Assembly (NCBI RefSeq): GCF_046105845.1
Contig: NZ_CP151004.1
Reading direction: 5' to 3' (one strand)
Length of the DNA: 64,000 nucleotides
Source: Escherichia coli
Lineage (GTDB): Bacteria; Pseudomonadota; Gammaproteobacteria; Enterobacterales; Enterobacteriaceae
Position 1 is the stretch's first letter, and the number at the start of each line of letters is the position of its first letter. This document shows positions 23,302-32,910 of the stretch, piece by piece. Position numbers and translations under genes: made by a program. The notes beneath the pieces are model-generated. The model saw only the letters and a list, made by a program, of their open reading frames with translations. It was not told where the DNA came from and ran no database searches.

Positions 23302-24012
23302 GTGAAATACAAATTACTGCCATGCTTACTCGCGATATTCCTCACAGGATGTGACCGCACAGAGGTAACACTTTCATTTACCCCTGAGATGGCCAGTTTC
23401 TCTAATGAATTCGATTTTGATCCGCTGCGTGGTCCGGTAAAAGATTTCACTCAGACATTAATGGATGAGCAAGGTGAAGTGACGAAACGTGTTTCGGGGA
23501 CTTTGTCGGAAGAAGGCTGTTTTGATTCACTCGAATTACTGGATCTGGAAAATAATACCGTGGTTGCCCTGGTACTGGACGCCAATTATTACCGTGATGC
23601 CCAGACACTGGAGAAAAGAGTTCGTTTGCAGGGAAAATGCCAGCTAGCAGAATTACCTTCTGCAGGGGTGAGTTGGGAAACCGATGATAATGGCTTTGTG
23701 ATTAAAGCCAGCAGCAAACAGATGCAGATGGAATATCGCTATGATGATCAGGGTTATCCGCTGGGTAAAACCACGAAAAGTAACGACAAAACATTATCTG
23801 TTAGCGCTACGCCATCAACGGATCCGATCAAAAAATTAGATTACACAGCGGTTACTTTACTGAATAATCAAAGGGTTGGTAATGTAAAACAGAGCTGTGA
23901 ATATGACAGTCACGCCAATCCGGTGGACTGTCAGCTAATCATTGTTGATGAAGGAGTAAAACCCGCCGTCGAACGGGTTTACACCATCAAAAATACTATC
24001 GATTATTATTAA
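23302..24012 (+). CDS. ynfC: UPF0257-family lipoprotein
   Basis: GTG start at 23302 gives MKYKLLPCLLAIFLTGC with lipobox LTGC, 236 aa. ORF track begins at ATG 23266, which would add 12 residues. Confidence 0.8.
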   Translation: MKYKLLPCLLAIFLTGCDRTEVTLSFTPEMASFSNEFDFDPLRGPVKDFTQTLMDEQGEVTKRVSGTLSEEGCFDSLELLDLENNTVVALVLDANYYRDAQTLEKRVRLQGKCQLAELPSAGVSWETDDNGFVIKASSKQMQMEYRYDDQGYPLGKTTKSNDKTLSVSATPSTDPIKKLDYTAVTLLNNQRVGNVKQSCEYDSHANPVDCQLIIVDEGVKPAVERVYTIKNTIDYY

Positions 24013-24014
24013 TG

Positions 24015-24575
24015 CTATTGTGCGGTCGGCTTCAGGAGAGTCTGACCCGGTGTTTTGTGCTCTGCCAGATACTGATGCTGGAATATGCACATGCGAATGG
24101 CATTCCGATATTGACCATTAATAAAGAACTCATGCATCAATTCACCTTCAACCGTAAAGCCAAGCTTGCGGTAAATGTGAATCGCTTTTTCATTCTCTTT
24201 ATCGACGATCAGATACAGCTTATAGAGATTAAGAACGGTGAAGCCATAGTCCATTGCTAATTTTGCGGCACGCGTTGCCAGACCTTTCCCCTGATATTCC
24301 GGGGAGATAATTATCTGAAATTCTGCGCGGCGATGAACATGGTTAATTTCCACCAGCTCCACCAGACCGGCTTTTTCGCCGTCACATTCCACCACAAAGC
24401 GCCGTTCGCTCTGATCGTGAATATGCTTATCGTACAGATCAGAGAGTTCAACAAAGGCTTCGTAGGGTTCCTCAAACCAGTAACGCATCACACTGGCGTT
24501 ATTGTCGAGTTGATGTACATAGCGTAAATCTTCACGCTCCAGCGGGCGTAGCTTAACACTGTGGGCGCTTGGCAT
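24015..24575 (-). CDS. speG: Spermidine N1-acetyltransferase
   Basis: 186-aa GNAT acetyltransferase ([39 protein letters not shown]...); matches SpeG; downstream of ynfB in the same orientation. Confidence 0.92.
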   Translation of the reverse strand: MPSAHSVKLRPLEREDLRYVHQLDNNASVMRYWFEEPYEAFVELSDLYDKHIHDQSERRFVVECDGEKAGLVELVEINHVHRRAEFQIIISPEYQGKGLATRAAKLAMDYGFTVLNLYKLYLIVDKENEKAIHIYRKLGFTVEGELMHEFFINGQYRNAIRMCIFQHQYLAEHKTPGQTLLKPTAQ

Positions 24576-24609
24576 AACGTGTCCTTACATTCCTTAAATC
24601 AATAACAGG

Positions 24610-24951
24610 TTAGGGGGTAATAACGCGGCCAGTTCGACGGTCCAGGCAGCGCAAAGTATTTGGCTCCCAGTAGGCATTGATGTTGGCGCTTTGCTCACAT
24701 TTATCGCGGTTATCAAAAGCGGCGTCGGCTTTATCCCACTCTTTTTCAGTGCGTTTATTCACTTTCTGGCGCAGATTGCGCGTGTCATTCCATTGCTCTT
24801 TTTCCATAGCGGCGTGCTGGCGGCTTTGCGCACTGTCGCCAGACTCAATCACCAGTTTGTTAGTTTCGGCATGAACAGTTGTGCTCAATGCCATTGCGCA
24901 AGGCAGCAGAAAAGCGAGCAGGCCAATTCGTTTGCTGAGAGTAATTTTCAT
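24610..24951 (-). CDS. ynfB: UPF0482-family secreted protein
   Basis: 113-aa ORF with signal peptide [28 protein letters not shown]; upstream of and co-oriented with speG. Confidence 0.85.
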   Translation of the reverse strand: MKITLSKRIGLLAFLLPCAMALSTTVHAETNKLVIESGDSAQSRQHAAMEKEQWNDTRNLRQKVNKRTEKEWDKADAAFDNRDKCEQSANINAYWEPNTLRCLDRRTGRVITP

Positions 24952-25085
24952 AATTCATTCCCTGTATGAATGATTAAAGGTGATTCTACACCATCCACAG
25001 CGAACGCAAAACGTACCAGGAGGGTGTTTATATTGATGATATTATGTCGCCCTATAACTATACATGATGTCAATAAGTGACAAAG

Positions 25086-25412
25086 ATGATTAAAACAACG
25101 TTACTATTTTTTGCTACTGCGCTGTGTGAAATTATTGGATGCTTTCTGCCCTGGTTGTGGTTAAAACGAAACGCCAGTATCTGGCTGTTGCTTCCGGCGG
25201 GGATTTCACTGGCGCTGTTTGTCTGGTTGTTAACGTTGCATCCTGCGGCGAGTGGGCGTGTTTACGCGGCTTATGGTGGCGTTTATGTCTGCACGGCGTT
25301 GATGTGGCTGCGCGTTGTGGATGGCGTGAAACTGACTCTTTATGACTGGACGGGGGCGTTGATTGCGCTTTGCGGCATGTTGATCATTGTTGCGGGATGG
25401 GGGCGCACGTAG
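25086..25412 (+). CDS. ynfA: UPF0060-family small membrane protein
   Basis: Start trimmed to ATG 25086 ([26 protein letters not shown]...), 108 aa, four TM helices. Confidence 0.85.
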
Positions 25413-25617
25413 GAACATAAATCCATTTTATCAATAAGATACGAGGAAGTGTCAGCTGACAAAAGGTATTCTATTTCATCTTTTGTCAACCATTCACAGC
25501 GCAAATATACGCCTTTTTTTGTGATCACTCCGGCTTTTTTTGATCTTCATACTTGTATGGTAGTAGCTCAGTTGCGTAGATTTCATGCATCACGACAAGC
25601 GATGCAAGGAATCGAAC

Positions 25618-26832
25618 ATGAATATCGTAAAGGCTGAAGTTTTTGTTACCTGTCCGGGGCGTAATTTCGTCACATTAAAAATCACCACTGAGGACGGTAT
25701 TACGGGCCTTGGGGATGCCACCCTCAATGGACGTGAGCTTTCCGTGGCCTCTTATTTGCAGGATCACCTTTGTCCGCAGCTTATTGGTCGCGATGCACAC
25801 CGTATCGAAGATATCTGGCAGTTTTTCTATAAAGGAGCTTACTGGCGTCGCGGCCCGGTGACGATGTCGGCCATTTCAGCGGTTGATATGGCGCTGTGGG
25901 ATATTAAAGCCAAAGCTGCCAACATGCCGCTTTACCAGTTACTCGGCGGCGCGTCTCGTGAAGGGGTGATGGTTTATTGCCATACCACCGGTCACAGTAT
26001 TGATGAAGCTCTGGATGATTATGCCCGTCATCAGGAGCTGGGATTCAAAGCCATCCGCGTGCAGTGCGGAATCCCTGGTATGAAAACCACCTACGGCATG
26101 TCGAAAGGTAAAGGTCTGGCTTATGAACCCGCAACCAAAGGACAGTGGCCGGAAGAGCAGCTGTGGTCGACGGAGAAATACCTCGATTTCATGCCGAAAT
26201 TGTTTGACGCGGTACGTAACAAGTTTGGTTTTAATGAACATTTGCTGCATGACATGCACCATCGCTTAACGCCTATTGAAGCGGCGCGCTTTGGTAAAAG
26301 CATTGAAGATTATCGCATGTTCTGGATGGAAGACCCGACGCCTGCGGAAAACCAGGAATGCTTCCGTCTCATTCGCCAACATACCGTCACACCCATCGCG
26401 GTGGGTGAAGTCTTCAACAGCATCTGGGACTGCAAGCAACTGATTGAAGAGCAACTTATCGATTATATCCGCACTACGCTGACCCACGCGGGTGGCATTA
26501 CCGGTATGCGCCGGATTGCCGATTTTGCTTCGCTGTATCAGGTACGTACTGGCTCACACGGTCCTTCCGATTTGTCACCAGTCTGCATGGCTGCGGCGCT
26601 GCACTTTGATCTGTGGGTCCCCAATTTCGGTGTCCAGGAATACATGGGTTATTCCGAACAAATGCTCGAAGTCTTCCCGCACAACTGGACTTTCGATAAC
26701 GGCTATATGCATCCGGGAGACAAACCGGGTCTTGGCATCGAATTCGATGAAAAGCTGGCGGCGAAATATCCCTATGAACCTGCTTATCTGCCAGTCGCAC
26801 GTCTGGAAGATGGCACGCTGTGGAACTGGTAA
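25618..26832 (+). CDS. rspA: Starvation-sensing protein RspA (enolase-superfamily mannonate/altronate dehydratase-like)
   Basis: Start trimmed to ATG 25618 ([40 protein letters not shown]...), AAGGA RBS, 404 aa. ORF track begins at 25585. Confidence 0.92.
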   Translation: MNIVKAEVFVTCPGRNFVTLKITTEDGITGLGDATLNGRELSVASYLQDHLCPQLIGRDAHRIEDIWQFFYKGAYWRRGPVTMSAISAVDMALWDIKAKAANMPLYQLLGGASREGVMVYCHTTGHSIDEALDDYARHQELGFKAIRVQCGIPGMKTTYGMSKGKGLAYEPATKGQWPEEQLWSTEKYLDFMPKLFDAVRNKFGFNEHLLHDMHHRLTPIEAARFGKSIEDYRMFWMEDPTPAENQECFRLIRQHTVTPIAVGEVFNSIWDCKQLIEEQLIDYIRTTLTHAGGITGMRRIADFASLYQVRTGSHGPSDLSPVCMAAALHFDLWVPNFGVQEYMGYSEQMLEVFPHNWTFDNGYMHPGDKPGLGIEFDEKLAAKYPYEPAYLPVARLEDGTLWNW

Positions 26833-26843
26833 GGAGTAAGATA

Positions 26844-27863
26844 ATGAAAAGCATTTTAATTGAAAAACCGAATCAACTGGCAATTATCGAACGTGAAATA
26901 CCCACCCCGTCAGCGGGTGAAGTACGAGTAAAAGTGAAACTTGCCGGGATTTGTGGTTCAGATAGCCATATTTATCGTGGGCATAATCCTTTTGCGAAAT
27001 ATCCGCGCGTCATTGGACATGAATTCTTTGGCGTCATTGATGCAGTGGGTGAAGGCGTGGAAAGCGCCAGAGTCGGTGAACGCGTTGCTGTCGATCCGGT
27101 GGTCAGCTGTGGGCATTGCTATCCGTGCTCTATAGGTAAGCCGAACGTTTGTACGACACTGGCTGTATTAGGTGTGCACGCTGACGGTGGTTTCAGTGAA
27201 TATGCCGTGGTTCCGGCAAAAAATGCGTGGAAAATTCCTGAAGCAGTGGCCGATCAATATGCGGTGATGATCGAACCTTTTACCATTGCGGCTAACGTAA
27301 CCGGTCATGGTCAACCGACTGAAAATGATACCGTTCTGGTTTACGGTGCCGGTCCAATCGGCCTGACGATCGTTCAGGTATTAAAAGGCGTCTATAACGT
27401 TAAAAATGTGATTGTTGCCGATCGCATTGATGAACGACTGGAAAAAGCGAAAGAGAGCGGGGCTGACTGGGCGATTAATAACAGCCAGACACCGCTTGGC
27501 GAGATTTTCGCTGAAAAAGGCATAAAGCCGACATTAATTATCGATGCGGCTTGTCATCCTTCTATCCTGAAAGAGGCCGTAACGCTGGCTTCTCCAGCGG
27601 CACGTATTGTATTGATGGGCTTCTCCAGTGAACCGTCTGAAGTGATTCAGCAAGGAATTACCGGAAAAGAACTCTCTATTTTCTCTTCACGCTTAAATGC
27701 AAATAAATTCCCGGTCGTTATCGACTGGTTAAGTAAAGGGTTAATTAAACCAGAAAAATTAATTACCCATACGTTTGATTTCCAGCATGTTGCTGATGCC
27801 ATTAGTTTATTTGAACAGGATCAAAAACATTGCTGCAAAGTCTTACTCACTTTTTCTGAATAA
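26844..27863 (+). CDS. rspB: Starvation-sensing protein RspB (zinc-dependent medium-chain dehydrogenase)
   Basis: Start trimmed to ATG 26844 (MKSILIEKPNQLAIIER...), AAGGAG RBS, 339 aa; zinc-ligand motifs GHEF and CGHCYPC. ORF track begins at 26820. Confidence 0.92.
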   Translation: MKSILIEKPNQLAIIEREIPTPSAGEVRVKVKLAGICGSDSHIYRGHNPFAKYPRVIGHEFFGVIDAVGEGVESARVGERVAVDPVVSCGHCYPCSIGKPNVCTTLAVLGVHADGGFSEYAVVPAKNAWKIPEAVADQYAVMIEPFTIAANVTGHGQPTENDTVLVYGAGPIGLTIVQVLKGVYNVKNVIVADRIDERLEKAKESGADWAINNSQTPLGEIFAEKGIKPTLIIDAACHPSILKEAVTLASPAARIVLMGFSSEPSEVIQQGITGKELSIFSSRLNANKFPVVIDWLSKGLIKPEKLITHTFDFQHVADAISLFEQDQKHCCKVLLTFSE

Positions 27864-27920
27864 TACCAATAACGGCGAGTAAGTAGTACGCATCTTACCT
27901 CTTTTTTAGAGATAACCATT

Positions 27921-29288
27921 ATGACAATAGAAAAACACGAAAGAAGCACTAAGGATTTGGTGAAAGCAGCAGTATCGGGATGGCTGGGCACTGCGCTTGA
28001 ATTTATGGATTTCCAGTTATATTCGCTCGGCGCAGCGTTAGTGTTTCATGAAATATTTTTTCCTGAATCATCAACGGCAATGGCGTTAATTCTGGCAATG
28101 GGAACCTACGGTGCAGGTTATGTGGCGCGTATTGTCGGAGCATTTATTTTCGGCAAAATGGGCGACAGAATCGGGCGTAAAAAAGTGCTCTTTATTACCA
28201 TCACTATGATGGGGATCTGTACCACCTTAATTGGTGTGCTGCCGACCTATGCACAAATTGGTGTGTTTGCGCCAATTTTGCTGGTGACGCTGCGTATTAT
28301 TCAGGGGCTGGGGGCAGGCGCGGAAATTTCCGGTGCCGGCACGATGCTGGCGGAATATGCACCAAAAGGTAAGCGCGGAATTATCTCCTCATTTGTGGCT
28401 ATGGGAACTAACTGCGGAACCTTAAGCGCAACGGCAATCTGGGCCTTTATGTTCTTCATTCTCAGTAAAGAAGAACTGCTGGCGTGGGGATGGCGTATAC
28501 CGTTCCTGGCGAGCGTTGTCGTGATGGTCTTTGCTATCTGGTTGCGTATGAATCTGAAAGAAAGCCCGGTCTTTGAGAAGGTTAACGACAGCAACCAACC
28601 GACAGCAAAACCTGCACCTGCTGGTAGCATGTTCCAGAGCAAATCCTTCTGGCTGGCAACAGGGCTGCGTTTTGGTCAGGCTGGTAACTCCGGTTTAATT
28701 CAGACTTTCCTTGCAGGCTATTTAGTACAGACGTTATTGTTTAACAAAGCAATTCCAACAGATGCATTGATGATCAGTTCGATTCTCGGCTTTATGACCA
28801 TTCCGTTCCTTGGTTGGTTATCCGATAAAATTGGTCGCCGGATCCCGTATATTATTATGAATACCTCCGCGATTGTGCTGGCATGGCCAATGCTTTCTAT
28901 CATCGTAGATAAAAGCTATGCCCCGAGCACCATTATGGTTGCACTGATTGTGATTCATAACTGTGCGGTGCTGGGATTATTTGCTCTGGAAAACATTACC
29001 ATGGCAGAAATGTTCGGCTGTAAAAACCGCTTTACCCGGATGGCTATTTCTAAAGAAATTGGTGGTCTTATCGCTTCCGGTTTTGGTCCTATTCTGGCGG
29101 GTATTTTCTGCACCATGACGGAATCCTGGTATCCGATCGCCATTATGATCATGGCATATTCAGTGATTGGTTTAATCTCTGCGCTGAAAATGCCAGAAGT
29201 GAAAGACCGTGATTTAAGTGCGCTGGAAGACGCTGCGGAAGATCAACCGCGTGTTGTCAGAGCTGCGCAACCTTCCAGAAGTCTTTAA
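27921..29288 (+). CDS. ydfJ: MFS metabolite:H+ symporter-family transporter (full length)
   Basis: Uninterrupted 455-aa 12-TM ORF directly downstream of rspB; in K-12 (from memory) this gene is split by the Qin prophage. Confidence 0.88.
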   Translation: MTIEKHERSTKDLVKAAVSGWLGTALEFMDFQLYSLGAALVFHEIFFPESSTAMALILAMGTYGAGYVARIVGAFIFGKMGDRIGRKKVLFITITMMGICTTLIGVLPTYAQIGVFAPILLVTLRIIQGLGAGAEISGAGTMLAEYAPKGKRGIISSFVAMGTNCGTLSATAIWAFMFFILSKEELLAWGWRIPFLASVVVMVFAIWLRMNLKESPVFEKVNDSNQPTAKPAPAGSMFQSKSFWLATGLRFGQAGNSGLIQTFLAGYLVQTLLFNKAIPTDALMISSILGFMTIPFLGWLSDKIGRRIPYIIMNTSAIVLAWPMLSIIVDKSYAPSTIMVALIVIHNCAVLGLFALENITMAEMFGCKNRFTRMAISKEIGGLIASGFGPILAGIFCTMTESWYPIAIMIMAYSVIGLISALKMPEVKDRDLSALEDAAEDQPRVVRAAQPSRSL

Positions 29289-29296
29289 ATCCTCAA

Positions 29297-29325
29297 TCCC
29301 TTCTCTTACCGGAGAGGGGATTTTT
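29297..29325 (+). terminator. Intrinsic terminator after ydfJ
   Basis: 9-bp stem TCCCTTCTC / GGAGAGGGA (one G-U pair, loop TTACCG) followed by TTTTT at 29321-29325, 9 nt after the ydfJ stop. Confidence 0.65.
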
Positions 29326-29376
29326 ATTCATATAACAAAACATGTAGCTTGCCATATTTATATTTAAGGAATTGTT

Positions 29377-30837
29377 ATGGGAAATAATTTGTTATCAGCA
29401 AAAGCGACACTCCCTGTTTATGATCGTAATAACCTGGCCCCAAGAATTGTTCATTTAGGCTTTGGTGCATTTCACCGTGCGCATCAGGGCGTGTATGCCG
29501 ATATTCTTGCTACGGAACATTTCAGTGAATGGGGATATTATGAGGTCAACTTAATCGGCGGCGAACAGCAAATTGCCGATTTACAACAGCAAGATAATCT
29601 TTATACCGTTGCGGAAATGTCGGCCGATGCGTGGACGGCTCGCGTCGTTGGCGTCGTTAAAAAAGCCTTGCACGTACAGATTGATGGCTTAGAAACCGTG
29701 TTGGCTGCGATGTGTGAACCGCAAATCGCGATTGTCTCTCTGACAATCACCGAAAAAGGGTATTTCCACTCTCCGGCGACCGGACAGTTAATGCTCGATC
29801 ACCCGATGGTCGTTGCCGACGTACAAAATCCCCACCAGCCGAAAACTGCAACAGGGGTGATTGTCGAGGCGCTGGCTCGCCGTAAAGCGGCAGGACTTCC
29901 CGCATTTACCGTCATGTCATGTGACAACATGCCAGAAAACGGTCATGTTATGCGTGACGTTGTCACTTCCTACGCGCAAGCCGTTGATGTAAAACTGGCA
30001 CAATGGATCGAAGATAACGTGACTTTCCCATCAACAATGGTAGACCGTATTGTGCCCGCAGTGACAGAGGATACGCTGGCGAAAATCGAACAACTTACCG
30101 GTGTGCGCGATCCTGCTGGCGTTGCCTGTGAACCTTTCCGCCAGTGGGTAATAGAAGATAATTTTGTTGCCGGACGTCCGGAATGGGAAAAAGCGGGAGC
30201 CGAACTGGTTAGTGATGTGCTGCCTTATGAAGAGATGAAGTTGCGCATGCTCAACGGCAGTCATTCATTCCTGGCGTATCTGGGTTATCTTGCTGGATAT
30301 CAGCACATTAATGACTGTATGGAAGATGAACATTATCGTCATGCGGCATATGCCTTGATGTTGCAGGAACAAGCGCCGACGCTGAAAGTGCAGGGTGTTG
30401 ATTTGCAAGATTACGCTAACCGATTAATTGAACGCTATAGCAACCCGGCGCTACGTCATCGAACCTGGCAGATTGCGATGGATGGCAGCCAGAAATTGCC
30501 ACAGCGGATGTTGGATTCTGTTCGCTGGCATCTGGCGCATGACAGCAAGTTCGATCTGCTGGCGCTGGGCGTCGCAGGTTGGATGCGTTATGTCGGTGGT
30601 GTTGATGAACAGGGAAATCCGATAGAAATCAGTGACCCACTGTTACCTGTTATTCAGAAGGCTGTACAAAGTAGTGCCGAAGGGAAAGCGCGCGTCCAGT
30701 CATTGCTGGCGATTAAGGCGATCTTTGGTGATGATTTGCCAGACAATAGCTTGTTTACTGCAAAAGTGACGGAAGCGTACTTGTCTTTATTAGCGCATGG
30801 TGCGAAAGCGACCGTGGCGAAATATTCCGTGAAGTAA
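29377..30837 (+). CDS. ydfI: Mannitol dehydrogenase-family oxidoreductase
   Basis: 486-aa ORF with N-terminal NAD-binding region ([15 protein letters not shown]); long-chain mannitol dehydrogenase family. Confidence 0.9.
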   Translation: MGNNLLSAKATLPVYDRNNLAPRIVHLGFGAFHRAHQGVYADILATEHFSEWGYYEVNLIGGEQQIADLQQQDNLYTVAEMSADAWTARVVGVVKKALHVQIDGLETVLAAMCEPQIAIVSLTITEKGYFHSPATGQLMLDHPMVVADVQNPHQPKTATGVIVEALARRKAAGLPAFTVMSCDNMPENGHVMRDVVTSYAQAVDVKLAQWIEDNVTFPSTMVDRIVPAVTEDTLAKIEQLTGVRDPAGVACEPFRQWVIEDNFVAGRPEWEKAGAELVSDVLPYEEMKLRMLNGSHSFLAYLGYLAGYQHINDCMEDEHYRHAAYALMLQEQAPTLKVQGVDLQDYANRLIERYSNPALRHRTWQIAMDGSQKLPQRMLDSVRWHLAHDSKFDLLALGVAGWMRYVGGVDEQGNPIEISDPLLPVIQKAVQSSAEGKARVQSLLAIKAIFGDDLPDNSLFTAKVTEAYLSLLAHGAKATVAKYSVK

Positions 30838-30865
30838 AAAAAGCAATGCCGCCATCGGCGGCATT
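30835..30865 (-). terminator. Intrinsic terminator downstream of ydfZ
   Basis: Stem AATGCCGCC-atc-GGCGGCATT located 8 nt past the ydfZ stop; on the minus strand it is followed by a U-run (plus-strand AAAAAAA at 30836-30842). Confidence 0.65.
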
Positions 30866-30872
30866 CACACGC

Positions 30873-31076
30873 TTAGTTCATGCCGAGACGAATCAGGTCC
30901 AGAGGTGCCAGTTTCTCTTCACAACCTTCAACAACTACGGTTTTTCCGCGGCGGATTTGCTCAGCGGTCAGACCTTCAGTATCAATCGACAGGATCTTGC
31001 CAGTGTGACCGGTGCCGCTAACCATAACACGGCTGCCAGTGGTGATTGCGTTACGGTTACGATCGTAGGTCGTCAT
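30873..31076 (-). CDS. ydfZ: Small DUF1471-related protein YdfZ
   Basis: 67-aa [70 protein letters not shown]; matches YdfZ as recalled. Confidence 0.85.
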
Positions 31077-31157
31077 AGGTGTTTTCTCCTTTCTGATTTA
31101 CAGTCGAAGCCCACGTAACGGGCGCAATATAAATACTCCTGTCGAGTGAAATATTTT

Positions 31158-31171
31158 TTGTTTTTGATCAA
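31158..31171. promoter_or_regulatory. FNR-like site upstream of ydfZ
   Basis: TTGTTtttgATCAA (one mismatch to the FNR consensus), centred about 88 bp upstream of the ydfZ start; ydfZ is strongly FNR-activated per literature recall. Confidence 0.4.
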
Positions 31172-31252
31172 GCTCACATCTTTTTTGATGCATGCATGAG
31201 CCATAAGGCGGGGGGAAAGACTCTCACCCCGGATGGGATGAGAGGAAATGAA

Positions 31253-31939
31253 TTACTCTTCGCTAAACCAGTCGCTGTTTTCCTGACGGATCTGGCGCAC
31301 GGATTCGCTGATTTCCTGCAAATGTTGCGTCATTGCACGTTCTACCGCATCGCCATCACGTTTTTGCAGGGCAGAGAAAATCTCAAGATGCTGGCGTAAC
31401 AGCATTTCTGGTGGAGAAACGTGGTCGAAACTCATATAGCGCACGCGATCAACGGTCGCTTTCAGGTTCTCAATGGTATCCCACGCCAGTTGACAGTCGG
31501 CAATCTGGGTCAGGAGTTGATGGAAGTTGTCATCAAGTTCAAAAAAATCATCCAGTTGTTTGCGCTCAATGGCAATGCGTTGCTGGTGAAGATTTTGTTC
31601 CAGTTGGTAGCACTGGCTTTCGGTAATCATGCTCGCCGCCCGACGCGCCACCGCGCACTCAATGGCCTGACGGATAAAACTGCCGTTGCGCACCTGGGCC
31701 ATGGAAATTTTGTTGACGTAGCTGCCACGCTGTGGACGAATTTGAATCAGGCCGTTTTCCGCCAGTTTAATAAAGGCTTCACGAACCGGCTGGCGTGACA
31801 CATTGAAACGAACAGAAACTTCTTTTTCCGACAACGGTGTGCCTGGAGCAATCAGGCAATGGACAATGTCGCGACGAAGGATACGATAAATTTGCTGATT
31901 GACAGGCTGTGTGGGATTAAGTTGCGTTTCGACGGTCAT
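31253..31939 (-). CDS. ydfH: GntR/FadR-family transcriptional regulator (RspR)
   Basis: 228-aa protein with N-terminal GntR wHTH and FCD-type C-terminal domain. Confidence 0.9.
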   Translation of the reverse strand: MTVETQLNPTQPVNQQIYRILRRDIVHCLIAPGTPLSEKEVSVRFNVSRQPVREAFIKLAENGLIQIRPQRGSYVNKISMAQVRNGSFIRQAIECAVARRAASMITESQCYQLEQNLHQQRIAIERKQLDDFFELDDNFHQLLTQIADCQLAWDTIENLKATVDRVRYMSFDHVSPPEMLLRQHLEIFSALQKRDGDAVERAMTQHLQEISESVRQIRQENSDWFSEE

Positions 31940-32027
31940 TCGTTCTTGCTTGTGAGTGAGTTAACTGCATGAGTCTACCACTTTTTTGTGACAAGCAATA
32001 ACCCGGCAGTTACGCCGGGTATAAAAA

Positions 32028-32774
32028 TTACTGACGGTGGACATTCAGTCCGGCATAGCTTTGGGTAACCGGCATCATTTCCAGGGTATTGATATTGACG
32101 TGAGCAGGCAGCGTTGACACCCACCAGACGGCTTCGCTGACATCTTCTGGCGTCAATGCAACGGTATTTTGATAGGTTTTTTCCGCTTTACCGTCATCGC
32201 CTTTAAAGCGGACATTGGAAAACTCGGTGCCACCCACCAGACCCGGTTCGATGTCGGTGACGCGCACCGCCGTACCATGCAGGTCCGTACGCAGATTCAG
32301 GCTAAACTGACGAACAAACGCTTTCGTCGCACCGTAAACGTTACCACCGGCATACGGCCAGCTACCTGCCGTTGAGCCAATGTTAATAATATGACCATGA
32401 TTACGTTCAACCATACCCGGTAAGACGGCGCGCGTCATATATACCAGGCCTTTGTTGTTGGTATCAATCATCGTTTCCCAGTCTTCAACGCTGGCTTTAT
32501 GCGCAGGCTCCATGCCCAACGCCAGGCCGGCATTATTTACCAGGATATCAATATTGCACCACTCGGCAGGAAGCGATGCCAGCATCTCTTCAATAGCGGC
32601 GCGGTTGCGAACGTCCAGTTGGGCGATATACAGATTATCTCCCAGTTCGTCTTTTAACTCCTGCAACCGTTCCTGGCGACGGCCAGTGGCGATAACTTTA
32701 TGCCCTTGTTGAATAAAACGACGAGTAATGCATTCACCAAAACCTGCCGTTGCTCCAGTTACTAAAACGATCAT
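32028..32774 (-). CDS. ydfG: NADP-dependent 3-hydroxy acid dehydrogenase (SDR family)
   Basis: Start trimmed to ATG at 32772-32774 (MIVLVTGATAGFGE...), 248 aa; SDR motifs TGATAGFG and YGATK. ORF track begins at 32789. Confidence 0.92.
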   Translation of the reverse strand: MIVLVTGATAGFGECITRRFIQQGHKVIATGRRQERLQELKDELGDNLYIAQLDVRNRAAIEEMLASLPAEWCNIDILVNNAGLALGMEPAHKASVEDWETMIDTNNKGLVYMTRAVLPGMVERNHGHIINIGSTAGSWPYAGGNVYGATKAFVRQFSLNLRTDLHGTAVRVTDIEPGLVGGTEFSNVRFKGDDGKAEKTYQNTVALTPEDVSEAVWWVSTLPAHVNINTLEMMPVTQSYAGLNVHRQ

Positions 32775-32910
32775 CTCACTGTTCCTCAACGCTTTTGTGT
32801 GTCAATAACATAGCACGTGATGCTTAAGAGCGGGTAATACTGGTTTGCAAGATTGCACTCCGTTATCAGTAAGCCTACGCTATGGAACACCTCGCGTTCA
32901 GGAGAAGAAA

